This document shows, piece by piece, positions 51,101 through 64,000 of a DNA stretch of 64,000 nucleotides; position 1 is the first letter of the stretch; every line of letters starts with the position of its first letter. The translations under genes and the position numbers were made by a program. The DNA is taken from positions 8,990,001 through 9,054,000 of the forward strand of contig JANJGN010000023.1 in NCBI GenBank assembly GCA_026770705.1, in the 5' to 3' direction. The stretch is from Isurus oxyrinchus (Eukaryota). The notes beneath the pieces were generated by a model that did not search any database, was not told where the DNA came from, and saw only the letters and a program-made list of their open reading frames with translations.

Positions 51101-52539
51101 ACTCATTGAGTCCAGATCCGCATGTGGGAAGCATGTAACACTCATGACCCACCCTCAATCCCGCCTGGAGATCCACCCCTCCCCTGCCGCCGATCGCTAG
51201 TTCTCTATCCCGGGTTTTATATGGCTCTGTTTCTCTACCGGCGTAGTGTCTCTTCCCACGCACTACAGTCCTGATACGGTTACCCTACCACCCAGCCCCG
51301 GAGCCACAGTCTCTCTGCCCAATTGTTGCTTCCCACTCGCTCCCCCGGCCCACACGCCGCTTTTTTTGAGGTTGCCCCGCGAAAGCCGCTTCTCTCCCGG
51401 AAGCCTTTCCCAAGATCGCTTGCTTCCCTGTCTGAGGCCTCCGCTGTACAAGAGACCGTCACTTAAGCTCCTTAAAGCTACTGACCAGAATAGCAATAGC
51501 AGTGATTATTAATAACTGCCGTGTGATCTTGACCCTCTCTCAGTAATCCAGTTAGCCTTATTGGTAGAAACACACTCCCAGTTTCCAGTAGGATTCCACG
51601 GTTCATTCCACGACATTTCTTTATTTTTAATATGAATTTATTATTACAAAGTACAACTGAAAATAACATCTGCAACCATTAAAAGCGTCGTGACTAGTCT
51701 AGCACTGGCAACACGAAGCATCCATTTCATTTTCATCAAAAAATAACTGAACCTTGTTTAGATGTAGAGCGTGCAACAGTACAAACGCTGGATGAGCAGT
51801 GTACTGCGCTCCTGTACTGTGACTGCTACACAACCGCTGCTATAACATGTGTGACTGTATAACCAGGGTAGCTCCTTCATCTGACCAACAAAGTAACCCA
51901 CGAGATAGCAAATCTCATAATAAACAGAGAGACGGAGAGAAAACATAACAACGTTCATCTAATTTCCATAACATTTCCATTCATCCCTATGAATAAATAT
52001 GTAAACAGGTAAGATTCTAAGATCCTGCTTCAGATCAGATCGACTCATGGCTACACTTCCTGGCAGGCTTCATTGTATGTTAAAGCGCTTTAGGAGGACC
52101 CAGGACCCCGAAAGGCGCTATATAAACGCAAATCTATCTTCCTCCTTTTTTTTTCCTCTTCTGAAATCTGAGCGAGAAGGTTGTCCCACAATCCAACCTC
52201 AAGACTGCGTGTTAGGTGGATAAGTCTCTCGCTCTCATTTTTCAACCGTCTTTTAACGCTGCCTGTCTATTTACAGAAGTTTGTCATCAGCACGCTCAAA
52301 GTTATAAGTTAAGCAGCTTCCAGGGACAGAGTCAAGCATTACATCACAGAGGAAGAAAGGAGGGACCCATGCTGTTTTTTAAAAAAAAAGTTTTGATTTA
52401 TGCAGAATCCCGGATGGGGTCAGTATCACAGAATCTTCTGTGAGGATAACTCTTAAAACTGGAAAACGGAACATGTTAACACTTCCGGGGCCACCGAGCT
52501 GTGTAAAATCCGAGACGTCTGTGCACATCCTAGTCTGGC

Positions 52540-52860
52540 CTGCTGAGCATCCCCAACATAAGTTGTTTCACCATTGGTGGCGGTGCCTTCAGCTGCCCGG
52601 TCCCCAGTCTTTGGAATTCCAACAACCCCTATACCCCCGCACCACCACCCCCATCCCTCCACACCCCCACCCCCAATCTCTGCTTCTCTGACTTCCTTTT
52701 AAGATGCTTCTTAACACCAACTCTGATCACGTTTCTGGATATCTGCCTTGGCATCGCCTGATGTAACTGGGTGTCTAATTTTGGTTTATAACGCTTCTGC
52801 GAAAGGTCTTGGGATCTTTTACTGTGTTAAAGGCGCTATATAAATGTAAGTTGATGTTAA
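52540..52860 (+). mobile_element. L2 LINE 3' UTR fragment
   Basis: caccattggtggcggtgccttcagctgcc...tggaattcc...tcctttaagatgcttcttaa...aaaggcgctatataaatgtaagttg; homologous to 1900-2110. Confidence 0.8.
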
Positions 52861-54302
52861 TAAGTTCTTATGTGTATAGTATAGACACACTTTCCTGGTT
52901 CTCCGTGGTTACTAATGCCCTTGTTACTTGTAGCAAAACAGCTTAGAGGGTATTAATATATTTTCCACTCAGAAAATCCTTGACTCTAGTTCAAGTAGGT
53001 TTGTAGATAAATGTCAAAGGGAGAATCCGAGTCAATCAAGGGCTCCTAAATTATGTCCTGTCACTCCGTACTTCACAGTTATTATTGAAGGTAGCAGGCA
53101 ATATGAGTCATTATCTTTAACCCAGCCAAAATGACCGCAATCTATTATCATTACATCACTGATATTTGATAGTATTTCAGGCATTTGAAATATCCAAGCG
53201 CATTGTTCCAAACATATGAAACTCCCGGGCAGGAAAAGACCAACTGCTCTATCAGATCTGCCCCATACCAGGATGGCCGAAGAGTCACTAAACACTTCAC
53301 TCTGCAGCCCCCTCCCGCAGTCCTCCCCATACCCGCCCCCCACCCCCTACCCCCCGGTATTCCTACTATTCCCAGGCGGTCTCCCAGGATGGGTTTAAGG
53401 AACGTGACAGACAGTCAAAATTAAGGTTGGGTTGCTAAGTTCATTATATATTTTATATATATTCAGTATATGGAACCGTTTTCGCTCCAGATTAACATGC
53501 GAACCACAATAAAGCGTCAATGCCGCTTTAAATTGTAATGAGAACATATTTCACAGGGTTCAGCTAAAAAGAATAAACAATATAAATTATTTATGGCCTA
53601 ACGATTAATGAGAGAGGCTAAAAATTAAACAGCTAAACGCCTGGTGGGTTCCATTATCTAAAGAATCACAGCTATTTACACCAGCACATTCTACATGAGA
53701 TTCATCCAAGTGTTTTACTGTTAAGCTCTACATCAGGTCTCTCCAAGGAACCTTAAGCACTGAAAGTTCATTAGTTCGCCTGGTAATATCTTGATTTGAG
53801 CAATTAAATATTTCTTTAGTCGCTCAGGGAAAGTAAAGCGTTACTGTGGTCTGCATGAATTAGGAGTCCACTTCGAACCTAATAGCTGGCGAACAGAAAG
53901 AAACTACCTTGATCCAGGTCTTTATACTTTGACTTAATTCAATCCTAACACTTTCTTGTTGTTAATGACTCTCTACATATCCCATTAGTTGTTTGTGGAG
54001 TTGGGGGAATGGGATTGTAACCTCTCTAACACGTCACGTAACTTGTTAAGGACAGGCCGGATCCAATGTATAAAATGAACCAAATGATAATAGACTGGGT
54101 GATTGACTTTAATTCTTCTTTAGTCGTATCGAGAACGGATAGCCAGTTATATTTCGGGGTAAACTGTATTCTTCACATGTCGTGGTCCCGCTAGTATTTT
54201 TATACTTTTGCAATGGCTACACATAGTAACACATTTTGCCAGTCTGCTTTATTGGCATGTCTCATTCCCCTTGTCTGGGTAGAAAATACATTTAGACCGA
54301 AA

Positions 54303-54468
54303 CCCTCCCGCCAAACCGCCCCCCCCCCCACACCCCGCCCCCCCTCCCACCATCCCCCCCCCCCACCATCCCCCCCCGCCCCTCCCCCCCCCACACCCCA
54401 CCACCCCCCCCACCACCCCCCCCCCCGCCCCCCACACCACCCCCACTCCCCACCACCCCAATCCCCAG
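54303..54468 (-). repeat. Long C-run tract (G-rich on the minus strand)
   Basis: About 165 bp made almost entirely of C runs; source of the poly-Pro and poly-Gly ORFs. Confidence 0.9.
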
Positions 54469-55732
54469 CAAAGAGACCGCAGGGAACAATCTGACAATTC
54501 TTTTTAGAAGTTCACACGATGTTAAATAGATCTGGTTTTAATTGCTGGATGCCGAAGAGAAAACGAACGACTACATCTTGAACTCAATAGAAGTTCGCGG
54601 GAGTTCCAAAGCCTACACTCTTCTCAGTTGGATGGCCGAACAGTTTCGCACGTTTTCCCGAAGGTTAAAAGAAGCAGATGGTTGCGGATGACCGCTGACA
54701 ATCACATCACTTTCCATCTATTGGTGGTAAACCTCACTTTTGCTTTTACATTCATGTTCTAATTGGGCGGGGTTCGGGGCGCAGGTCCTTGTTTATATGT
54801 ATTTGGGTGGGGAGGGCGTGTCTATTTCGAAACTTCAGACTTCCAGAGAAGCTTCCTTTTAACCTTTCCGGTACACAGCCCCAAACCGTTTCTCATGAGC
54901 ATTGAATTAAACACAAAAACTTCGACGAGTAGCCGTTGACAGTAATATCGCAAACAATGACGTCGGAACCGAGAGAAGTATATTAGTTGTAGGCAATTGT
55001 GTTTGCCATACTTTTACACACACCTTATACAACTAGGCAGTCACAGAACTGGTCTTTCCATATAGCCACGCAAATCTTGCTGTAAGTGGCCAATGGGCGT
55101 TGGTGATACATGCCTATTGACTGATGCACGAATGAGGTCACAATTAACCAACTACCAAAAGTCAGAAAGGTTACAAAAAAACTAGCCCTTCTTGGTTTCA
55201 GAACACGACGTTTTGTTCCCATTGCTCTTCATTGAGTTTTTTTGATGTAGGCGAGATCTCCATGACTGTCTTTCAACACAAGCAGGCCCAACGATACTGA
55301 GGCAGGCGGGCAAGAGCAGCTTTAACGCCATAGCGAATATACAGCTGTTCCTTCCCCTGCCCCTTCCACCTCCTTCCCCCAACCCCCACGGCATACAGGC
55401 AGAACAAATACAGTACGGAATCCCGACCTACCGCTGCTGAAAATTTGCACCTATCCACTTGAAAAAAATGCAACAAGCAAACTCATATTTTGAAAACGTT
55501 AAAGAAGATTAAACGTTAACGTTTTGGAACAGAAACACTGGTTAGTGGTTGTTTTTGTATATAATTACTATCACCCCTGAGAATAAACGCCCTGGAGTGC
55601 AGAATAACCACTATTCCTTCGAGATAAACTTAAGCTTTATGGAGAATATAATATTTTGAATTTGGAGACTGATAAAAGCAACACGAGCAAAACAACCACT
55701 ATTAATATATACAGTTGAACTGAAATAATGAA

Positions 55733-56100
55733 AACAACTTGTATTTATATAGCGCCAGTCAAGACTAAAGAGCACCCCAAAGCCCTTACAGCCAACTGAA
55801 TACTTTTAAAGTGTAGTCACTGTTGAAGCGTAGCAAGCTCCCACAAACAACAATGATACAGTAACCAGGTAATCTGTTTTAAGTGATGTTAATTATTGTG
55901 CAGGATTCCACTGAACTATCCTGCTCTTTTTTGAGTTGGTATGGGATCTTGCGGGTCAATCCAGAAGAGCAGAGGCGGCCTCGGATCAACCCTTCATCCA
56001 AAAACGGCATCTCCGACAGCATGGCGATCTTTCAGTGCCGCTTTGACGTGTCAACCTAGATTAGGTGCTCTGGAGTGGGCCTTCTAACTCACAGACCTGC
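55733..56100 (-). mobile_element. Deu-domain SINE, diverged
   Basis: aacttgtatttatatagcgcc...gcaagctcccacaaacaacaatg...cggcatctccgacagc...ctagattaggtgctc. Confidence 0.85.
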
Positions 56101-56904
56101 GCGAACACGCGAGGTTGAGGAAGCATAATTCACTTAAAAATTTATGCCGGGGAAGCATCAAAATCCAGAGGGAGAACTAAACGAGATTGAGAGCATAGGA
56201 AAGAAGAAGGAGAGGTATGGTAAGAAATATTGCGTTGGTGACCCCAGTATGGGGTATGACAAGTTTAGAGATTGTTAAAGGAAGCGTAGAATGAAAGAAC
56301 GGGAGACTCCACGGCTGTAAGGGATTGGTAAAGAATAATTTAACAATGCACTGGGTTATTTTTGATTAAGCAGAGATAGGCTTCATCTGACTACTTTGAT
56401 AGTGCCAAAATATGTTGAATTCATAAATATTTGAAGCTACAATGGTCCACTGTCCAACTTGAATCTGTGATGACCCTTCGTACAAGGGACGACAAATAGG
56501 TTACAGATGCCAACAATAGCTAAACAGATGACATTGCTTTTAGTGAAATGGTTGGAATATCGGAATAGATGGTGTTGAGCAAGAATCGCTGTTTAATTAA
56601 TCATTATCTAACCAGGTATTGCGTAGAACATTTAAAGGGAAATTTGGTGAACAATGTTAGCACAGAGACACACAATAGAAACGCATTGATTATTAATTAT
56701 AGCATAATGTAAATCCACTTGACGATATTATCCAGAAGGTGTTTATACAAGTGAGAAAAATGCAATCCTGAGCTTTACTAAAATGCTCAGGTTTTTGCGA
56801 ATTGATTTAAGAATGCGGCTGTTCGCCATTATAAGCTTCATCCTCTACTTGTGGTTTGACTGGGCAGAGACTGGCAATATATGCTGGAGGGTTTTTTCCC
56901 CCAC

Positions 56905-57332
56905 AAAGAAAGACTTGCATTTATATAGTGCCTTTCACGACCGACAAACGCCCCAAAGCGCTTTACAGCCAATGAAGTGCTTCTTTGAAGTGATGTCATA
57001 ACCTCAATGTAGGAAACGCGGCAGCAAATTGCGCACAGCAAGCTCCCACAAACAGCAACGTGATCGTGAATAGCTAATCTATTTTTGTGAAGTTGATTGA
57101 GAGATATATATTGGTTAACATAACGCCCCTGTTCTTCGTCGAGGTGTTAGGTCGAGAGGGCAGATAAGGGGTCATTTTAATATAGCATCCGAAAGGTTGC
57201 ACTTCAAACAGTGCAACACGCCCTAAGTACTGCACTGGATATCAGCCTAGATTTTGTGCTCAATTCCTGCTGTGGGACTTGAAACCACAATCGTCTAGCT
57301 CTGAGGAGAGAACGCTGCCAAATGAGCCACAG
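56905..57332 (-). mobile_element. Near full-length Deu-domain SINE
   Basis: Reverse complement covers the tail, body and tRNA-like head (gtgggacttgaaaccac...aatgagccac). Confidence 0.9.
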
Positions 57333-59566
57333 TTGCGTCAAGAGAGTTTGACTTGGCGTTTGTTCCAGTCCTGCATTTGCTTTCTGGAGATAAGAGATTT
57401 TGCATTAAGTTAGCACAGGAGGCAGCGGTGAGGGGGAAACACATGCTGATTCACGTGGAAGGCATTTTTTCCTTTAAATAAACAGGAGCTGCCAACGTCA
57501 CTTTATGGACGAGGAAAGCGAGAAGGTTTATTTACAATCAGGCCCACTTTCAAAATTCTTACGGCTTTAATAAAGTGCTGGATTGAGAGTTTCTCTGGTG
57601 TAAAACATGTGCAGGACAATGCAATGCAGTAGAATACCTTAAATGCTGGAATACAATTTTTATGTTTATGTTACAATGCCTTTTTTTTTTATAAATGTTT
57701 TTTCAGGGTTGCCTCAATACTTCCTCAATTCATTGATGAATGTTTTTCACAGCGTTTAATCCTCGAGGGGTCAAAGTCCGTGGGCGTCTGCTGCTGCGGG
57801 AGCTTCGACACTCCCACACGGATGTCCCTTAAATGTTCCAGCCTTGGACGCGTTTTAACCAGAATAGTGAACCGGCGTACGATATAAGAAAATATGTATT
57901 TCTTCTAATGATGGTAACCATTTTCTCTCCTCTATGCTTACACGAGGGCCGAAGGTGCCAAATTGTTAATATTGAGTGTTGAGCGTGCGTCGGTAGGGGT
58001 TCTGGCGGAAAGGTTCAAACAGGTGATTCAGATGGGATCAAAACAGTTCCATGCATTCTATGCACTGCATCGCTGTGCGTGTCACACGTCATAATCTAGA
58101 AATACCCGCCATCGAAGTTTCCAGTCTATTGGGGAAAAGGTACATCTGACGCAGAGGCCGGAAACTACACGTCGTGCAATAGCATGAGTTTATTTTCTGA
58201 CATGTGAGGAATTTGCTCTATTCGTGATCTACATAAAAGAGTAATGTCTAGTACCAGGTACCAGAAGGGCAAGCTGAAACGTCGACCGTTTGAAGTGACT
58301 CTATTGCTTCTTCAGAGTCTGATGCTGATAAGCTTTCGCGTGTAAGTGAATGCTGGCCAGGGCATAGTTGAAAGGGATCCTTCGAATACATCTCTTCAAG
58401 AATTTGGCGCCTGCAATGCGAGAATGTAACAGCAGGCGCCAACATAAATTCATGTTTTTATAAAATGACTCGGGTCAAAGGATTTAAAATTGCATCAAAT
58501 TCACAATGAGTGCAATCACTTATGATGGAGTGAACAAATCTCTGAAGACAAGAGTAATAAAGGGCTCAATGATATGAGGTAGCGTTCCAAACAATATCGT
58601 ATTTTATTTTTAGGGGACATTTTTATTTGGACACTGGCCTGAAGATGAATGTGTCGCGCCACTTGAATTGTGTACTTTGTTTTAGTCAAAACCGCGGCAA
58701 CAGTTAAATCACACTTTTTTTTCAGAATGCTAAACACCAGACGAATTTCTGTTTGAACGTTGTAGCTCAGGTCAGTTAAACTGACGCTTTCCATCTGAAA
58801 CACTTGGATTACTGATAGGTAGAGGATTTTTTTTTTGGTGGGGGGGGGGGGGGGGGGGGTGGTGTTTGCTAAATTATGACACAGTTGTTGGGAAATCTAA
58901 TCTAAGATATCAAGTGAAATCCTGCCAACCAACCCCTACAGATACTTTGATGGAAAATTGGGCCTTATTACTCTAAGCCCTTTGGCCTCATCTATTCCAA
59001 CAGATGTTCACGCATCGAAAATTAAACCGGATTATAGTAATCTAGAGACTATAGTAGTTATCGCTTCAATCACCGGGCTCAAATAGTAACCACCGAGCAA
59101 AATGGAGAATTGCATATCTAACTTTGGCCATAGGATCAACGTTTGTTCATTTTTACATTGCACGCAATGCATACAACGTGCTTGCCCGATCAATTCATTA
59201 GCACTTGGATAAAAATGTTGGTTTCCTAACACATTACAACAGTTTTAAGGCTCGGTAGGCTCACAATTTATTTTTAATTTAAAAGGGAGTGTTTAAATAA
59301 TAAATCAGAAGTGTACTTGAAGGCTCAGGATCAGAAACGTATTAAATAATAAACACCAGGCTTCATTATTTTCAGTGGAACTGCTCGCCTTCTCATTCTT
59401 TCTGAAATTCCATGGTGTCTTATATTGTTATCCGTTCGACACGCACGTTGCACTAGGGTATTTCATCCAACCAATCGCTGATCAAACCAGTTGAATGGAA
59501 AACCAATGGATTCAAACTTTCAAGAACGTTCAGTTGGATTGAAGCTGAAAGCGGGTTCAATACCCT

Positions 59567-59866
59567 ATTCAAACACCAGGAGAGAACATTTCTTAGCTAA
59601 TATCGCCACCGTCAACACCTCTTCGTCCTTTTGTCTATGACATCTTTTGGTTATCTCCAGCTATCACTGGCCCTCTTTCCAACTCTACCTGTCCCCCCCC
59701 CCCCCAACAACCCCCTCCCACCCCACCCCCTAAACCAGCTTATATTTCACTTTTCTATTTTTCCTTAGTTCTGGTGAAGAGTCATACGGACTCGAAACGT
59801 TAACTGTATTCCCCTCCGCAGATGCTGTCAGACCTGCTGAGTTTTTCCAGGTATTTTTGTTTTTGT
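59567..59866 (+). mobile_element. 300-bp Penelope pseudo-LTR insertion with 11-bp TSD
   Basis: Flanked by TTCAATACCCT at 59556-59566 and 59867-59877; ends ...cagacctgctgagtttttccaggtatttttgtttttg like the 13695-13796 arm. Confidence 0.88.
59767..59805 (+). ncRNA. Hammerhead-like motif with a variant core (CUGGUGA)
   Basis: AGUU-CUGGUGA-A-GAGUC(AUACG)GACUC-GAAA-CG-UU-AACU; perfect 5-bp stem II, but core A6 is G. Confidence 0.55.
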
Positions 59867-60014
59867 TTCAATACCCTGCTGTTCATCTCTGCTCTTAATA
59901 GCAAATAAACCCACCAATCACTGTAACACGCGCTAAGCAGGATAAGTAAACTTTAAACTTCAAAAAAAATAAGATTGTGGTTTATTCCTCATACAAATTT
60001 TATGAAGTTAGAAA

Positions 60015-60230
60015 ACATGCATAGAATTAATTAATGTTACAGCACATATAAAGACTATTCGGCCCATCAGGTCTGTGCCGAAGATTTCGCCACACCAACC
60101 GCCTAGTCTAACGCCACACTCGTGCTCTCTTGTTTACTCCTTATATTCCTCTTTCTTCAAACAGTTATCCCCTATATACTTCACCAATGCTTTGCGGCAG
60201 GGAATCCTACAGTCTAAGCACCCTCTATAT
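60015..60230 (-). mobile_element. CR1 3' fragment
   Basis: gactattcggcccatcaggtctgtgccg...ctctttcttcaaacagttatcc...gcggcagggaatcctacagtctaagcaccctct. Confidence 0.6.
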
Positions 60231-61389
60231 AAATATTATGTACATATTTTTGCTGAATTCCTGTTGAATTATTCCAGTCGCAAGAAAACATGTCCTAGAA
60301 CCTTTTTTGCGGAAAGGTTGAATCTTTACTGGGAATATATTTAATTCTATTGGAAACAAGACACGTGGACAGGCTTCTATGCCATATTTGACAAAACATT
60401 AGAGCAGTAACCACTGCGTGAGCACAAAGCTGTGTCAGTCACAAAATCCATACGGAGAAAAAAAATATGTTGTGTTCATATATATTACCGCTATCTAAAA
60501 ATAAATTGTTCCTACTGAATGTACAAGATCCTTAGCTCTTGTATAAGGCCAGTAGAACTTGCAACAGTTTATGCTTTTATTGTTCATAAAACTTACACAG
60601 TTCTTAGGAAGGATCTACAAGATCACTGGACTAGGGATAAGATGGAAGATTATACCACCTGAGTTCTGAGTAGGGCCGGCAGGAATATGTTATGCGTATA
60701 CTGGTGCAACATTAAATGAATACATTTTCGTTATTCAATATCTAGCCCAAAGTTTTAAAGACATTGACACCCAAAGCAACAATTCTCATCAAAATAGATA
60801 ACCATGTAAACTAGATTGTTCATTCTGAAAGCCTCATGTCCTTAATGACTGTGCACTTCTCCAACTCTGCCTCGTAATAATCGGCTGGTAGATATTAAAC
60901 ACTAAACCTCTAGATACTTCTAATGACGTATTACTGAGAAGCTTCCAGGAATTCTACGTTCGGTGGGTACATCGTGGTAAATGTCAAATCTCATTTTCCA
61001 ACTCCTTTATAATTGCATCATAAGCACGTATAAAATTACTCAACATACCAAAATCTTGTCTTCCCCCAAAAATATGCTGCTCCTAACACTTGCTTCTACA
61101 AGCATATTCTATCCTGTTATTTTCCACAATGTAATAATGCGCCACGTCATTATAAAATGTTCAATTAACCATAATCAGGGCAGCAATTCTGATGCTCGTC
61201 AATTAAACCAGGGAACTCCAATTCAGGAACCACATACACAAATTGAAATATCTCAGTGTGCAGTTTCCAAGCTATTACACCAGTCATAATCCAGTTCTAT
61301 ATGGGCTAAAGAGACCGGCAACCCCTTTTTGTGAACAACGTTATTTTCCAAATCAAGTACGAGCTAGAGCTAAAGGATGATTATAGAAA

Positions 61390-61640
61390 CAAAAGAAAAA
61401 CTTGTATTCACGTGGCGCGCTCCACAACGCCATGATGTCCCAAAGCCCTTTACCACCAATGAGGTGTAGCCACTGGTGTAATGTAAGGGAAAACGTAGCC
61501 AATTTGCACAGTGCAAGCTCCAACAAACAGCAACGAAATGAGTGACCAGATCATCTGATTTGGAAGTTAATGGAGGGATAAATGTTGGCCAGAACACCGG
61601 AGAGAATAACTCTGCTTCTCTTTAACTCCCTGTGAAGACA
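61390..61640 (-). mobile_element. Deu-domain SINE 3' half
   Basis: cttgtattcacgtggcgc...gtcccaaagccctttacc...gccaatttgcacagtgcaagctcc...gagggataaatgttggccagaacaccgg. Confidence 0.85.
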
Positions 61641-64000
61641 TCCGTCTTATTGGAGAAAGCGAGCTATGATAGAAATAGATTGTTGATGCTATGGACAAGT
61701 AAACATTTGCCTTGAATGGCCAATCGATGTCTCTAGACTCCAGAGAAAGCCAAATGTCTGTCATAATGATACTTGGAGTCTTGGCAAATGTTTATAAGCC
61801 TGAGTATTCAAAGTATCTAAAGCCAAGGGGTTTGATGGAGATCATTTACAACTTTGTCTTTTATAGTAACAAAACTTTTGAGCTGATATTTTCAGAAACT
61901 ACATTGAGTTCCGCTTAAACAACTATAAAATCGAAAGGTTCATATAGACTTGGTAGCACACTCAATGCTATGAAGTCTGACAGCCACTGTTCCTTAATTT
62001 TATTTAAGGTACTTTCTGTATTATTTTGATACATCATAGCAATATTCCTTCGTTGCTGCCATTTTATTTTGGATTTGATAGGAATAAGACGCCCAACATT
62101 CTGCGGTTTTCCGCAATGCTGTGGAAAATAACTTGCCGTTGGATCTCCTGTTGCTGCATGTTGGAGACACACACCCAAAATTAACACTCGAAAGACAGAT
62201 TAAATAAAATGAGTCAAACCAGGTGCCTCTCAAACAGAACGAAACTGTTGAAAAATTGTTGCACGAACAACATATTTTGGTCTACTCCAGGTATACGCAT
62301 GAATAGGTGGATTTTCATTGACAGGAGACCATTGGCATGATCACCACCTCGACCAAGATAAGGTCCAGAGGAAAATGATTTGCTGAAAGGCTGACCAAGC
62401 GTTGGATTCTAAAATCTAACAATTAATTCAGGTTTAGAAACTGCGGTATATGTAATTTATGGTTATTGAAGATAAGATAAACGTAAAGATAGCAATATCT
62501 TAAAGGAATAGTAATAACAATGTGTCTCTAAAGGTTGTTCGTGTTTTGTGGTGCTCGAGTGTCTGAAGATTATTGTATGTAGATCTATGGTTTACAAAGT
62601 TTGGCCATTCCTGGATTAGTTCAGGAGACTTTAGATGTCCAGATGAAAGGAATGCATTGCAAGGATCCCAGCGTGGGTTATTCAACGGAACTCATGTGTT
62701 CCTTGTATTAAACGAATCCAATGTTTAAATTCCAAACACTAGGATAAGATGTCCTATTGCGAGTTGGTAAGTCAAATGCCCTACATAAGAATATTTGTGG
62801 AGGAGAATATTTGCTAAGGACAAGAACATTCGGCTCTTGGAATTTCACCCATCTGGGTCCCTAACTCTGCCATTACAACATAATATCATACAGTTACTCG
62901 TATCTGATGATGTTTCCTTGTATGGTTAAATAATCAAAGAGTTAATGCAGTCCAGCTTCCTGAGCAAACAATGGGATGGAATGTTCCATCCATTCCTCTT
63001 TCAGACGTTGACAGATCAATGATGAATTCCCAGCATGTCCTATACTTTACTGAGACATAATAATCATGCATTTGAAGCTTCCTGTTTCGGGTTGTACGGA
63101 TTCTTGATATCTGAAGTCCGACCTCAACCTGTCGTTGACATCGATTCAATTCTTGATCCAATTGCATCGGAATTAAGAGTTGAGGCTGTGCGGTGTTACA
63201 CAGCAAACGGGTCGGTCAGACTGTTTAGACCCACAGGAATCCCATTCAGTTTCAAAATCCATTCTCATTATTTCAGTGAGAGCACTATGCGGTGTGTGAA
63301 CTTGCCACTTATACCGGTATTGCACTTTTTGAGATATATACTGGTTTGTTGCATACGTTTAAGCGTCCCAGCTCCATCGATTTGCGGGTGAGTTTACACA
63401 TCTCGTGAGGGAAATTCTCCCTCTCGCGCGAATTGAGCAATCTAAATGCCAGCTGGATGAGGGAGCTGTGCTGTATGCAGCCAGCGAGTTGATGTCTCAC
63501 ATGCGACAATAAGTGGACCACAAGCTGCAAAGCTAGATGGTAGCCTGGGGATTAGCTTCCATCTCATTATCTTTCTCTGACGTGCAGATGACATACCAAG
63601 TATGTGGTTAATTTTTATTTGCAAGAACTCACAAGTCAATTTTTTAAAGCATAATTATATCTCAACTACTCTTACATAGACGAGTCTAAACTCGGTGCCA
63701 ATTTGACAACTGATCTCCACCCACGCAATAAACTCAGCCAATATTAAAGTTTCCAGCGTTAGCAAACAGCCAAAGGAAAAACAGGCAAATGAGCAGGTTA
63801 TTAAAACTACCTGTAAAATACGCTATCATTTCCAAATATTGAACGGTGAAACCTGTACAGACGGAATCTTTATATATGGCAAACTCCAGATATAATGAAA
63901 TGTGGATTTGCTAAATCTAGCTATGGCATAACATCTTTGGTTGCGTTTTTAGAGCTTAAAATCTATCATGGAACTAGGTCTCCTTCTCACCCAATTCCAA

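Noticed and set aside
54200-54497. Poly-Pro and poly-Gly ORFs (formin- or extensin-like)
   Set aside because: Arise from the C-run tract; no flanking domains or splice context.
63035-63391. 118-aa plus-strand ORF
   Set aside because: No recognisable homology or exon boundaries; length within the chance range.

Overview
Eukaryotic vertebrate genomic DNA. The repeat content (Deu-domain/SacSINE1-type SINEs, CR1, L2, RTE and Penelope-type pseudo-LTR fragments) points to a cartilaginous fish (shark), but the species cannot be fixed from sequence alone. I can support only one protein-coding gene: a complete Polycomb group RING finger gene on the minus strand. It has 9 coding exons (33962 to 21816; 969 nt, 322 aa), every intron is GT-AG and in phase, and it is best called pcgf2 (Mel-18) although it keeps many BMI1-type residues. 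Its likely promoter and non-coding first exon lie in a CpG island at about 42.9-43.9 kb. Most ORFs in the supplied track are repeat-derived or spurious. Notable non-coding features: (1) short Penelope-derived insertions with 11-13 bp target-site duplications, several carrying minimal hammerhead-ribozyme motifs and one a near-perfect 102-bp-arm palindrome; (2) an abrupt switch from CpG-depleted to CpG-rich sequence at about 16.7 kb that lasts to the window end, apart from a CpG-poor block in an intron; (3) a 45-bp minisatellite carrying YY1-type motifs; (4) a possible unannotated spliced transcript downstream of pcgf2. Repeat boundaries are approximate; exon and TSD coordinates were read base by base. 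Comparisons to human proteins and repeat consensi are from memory, not database searches.
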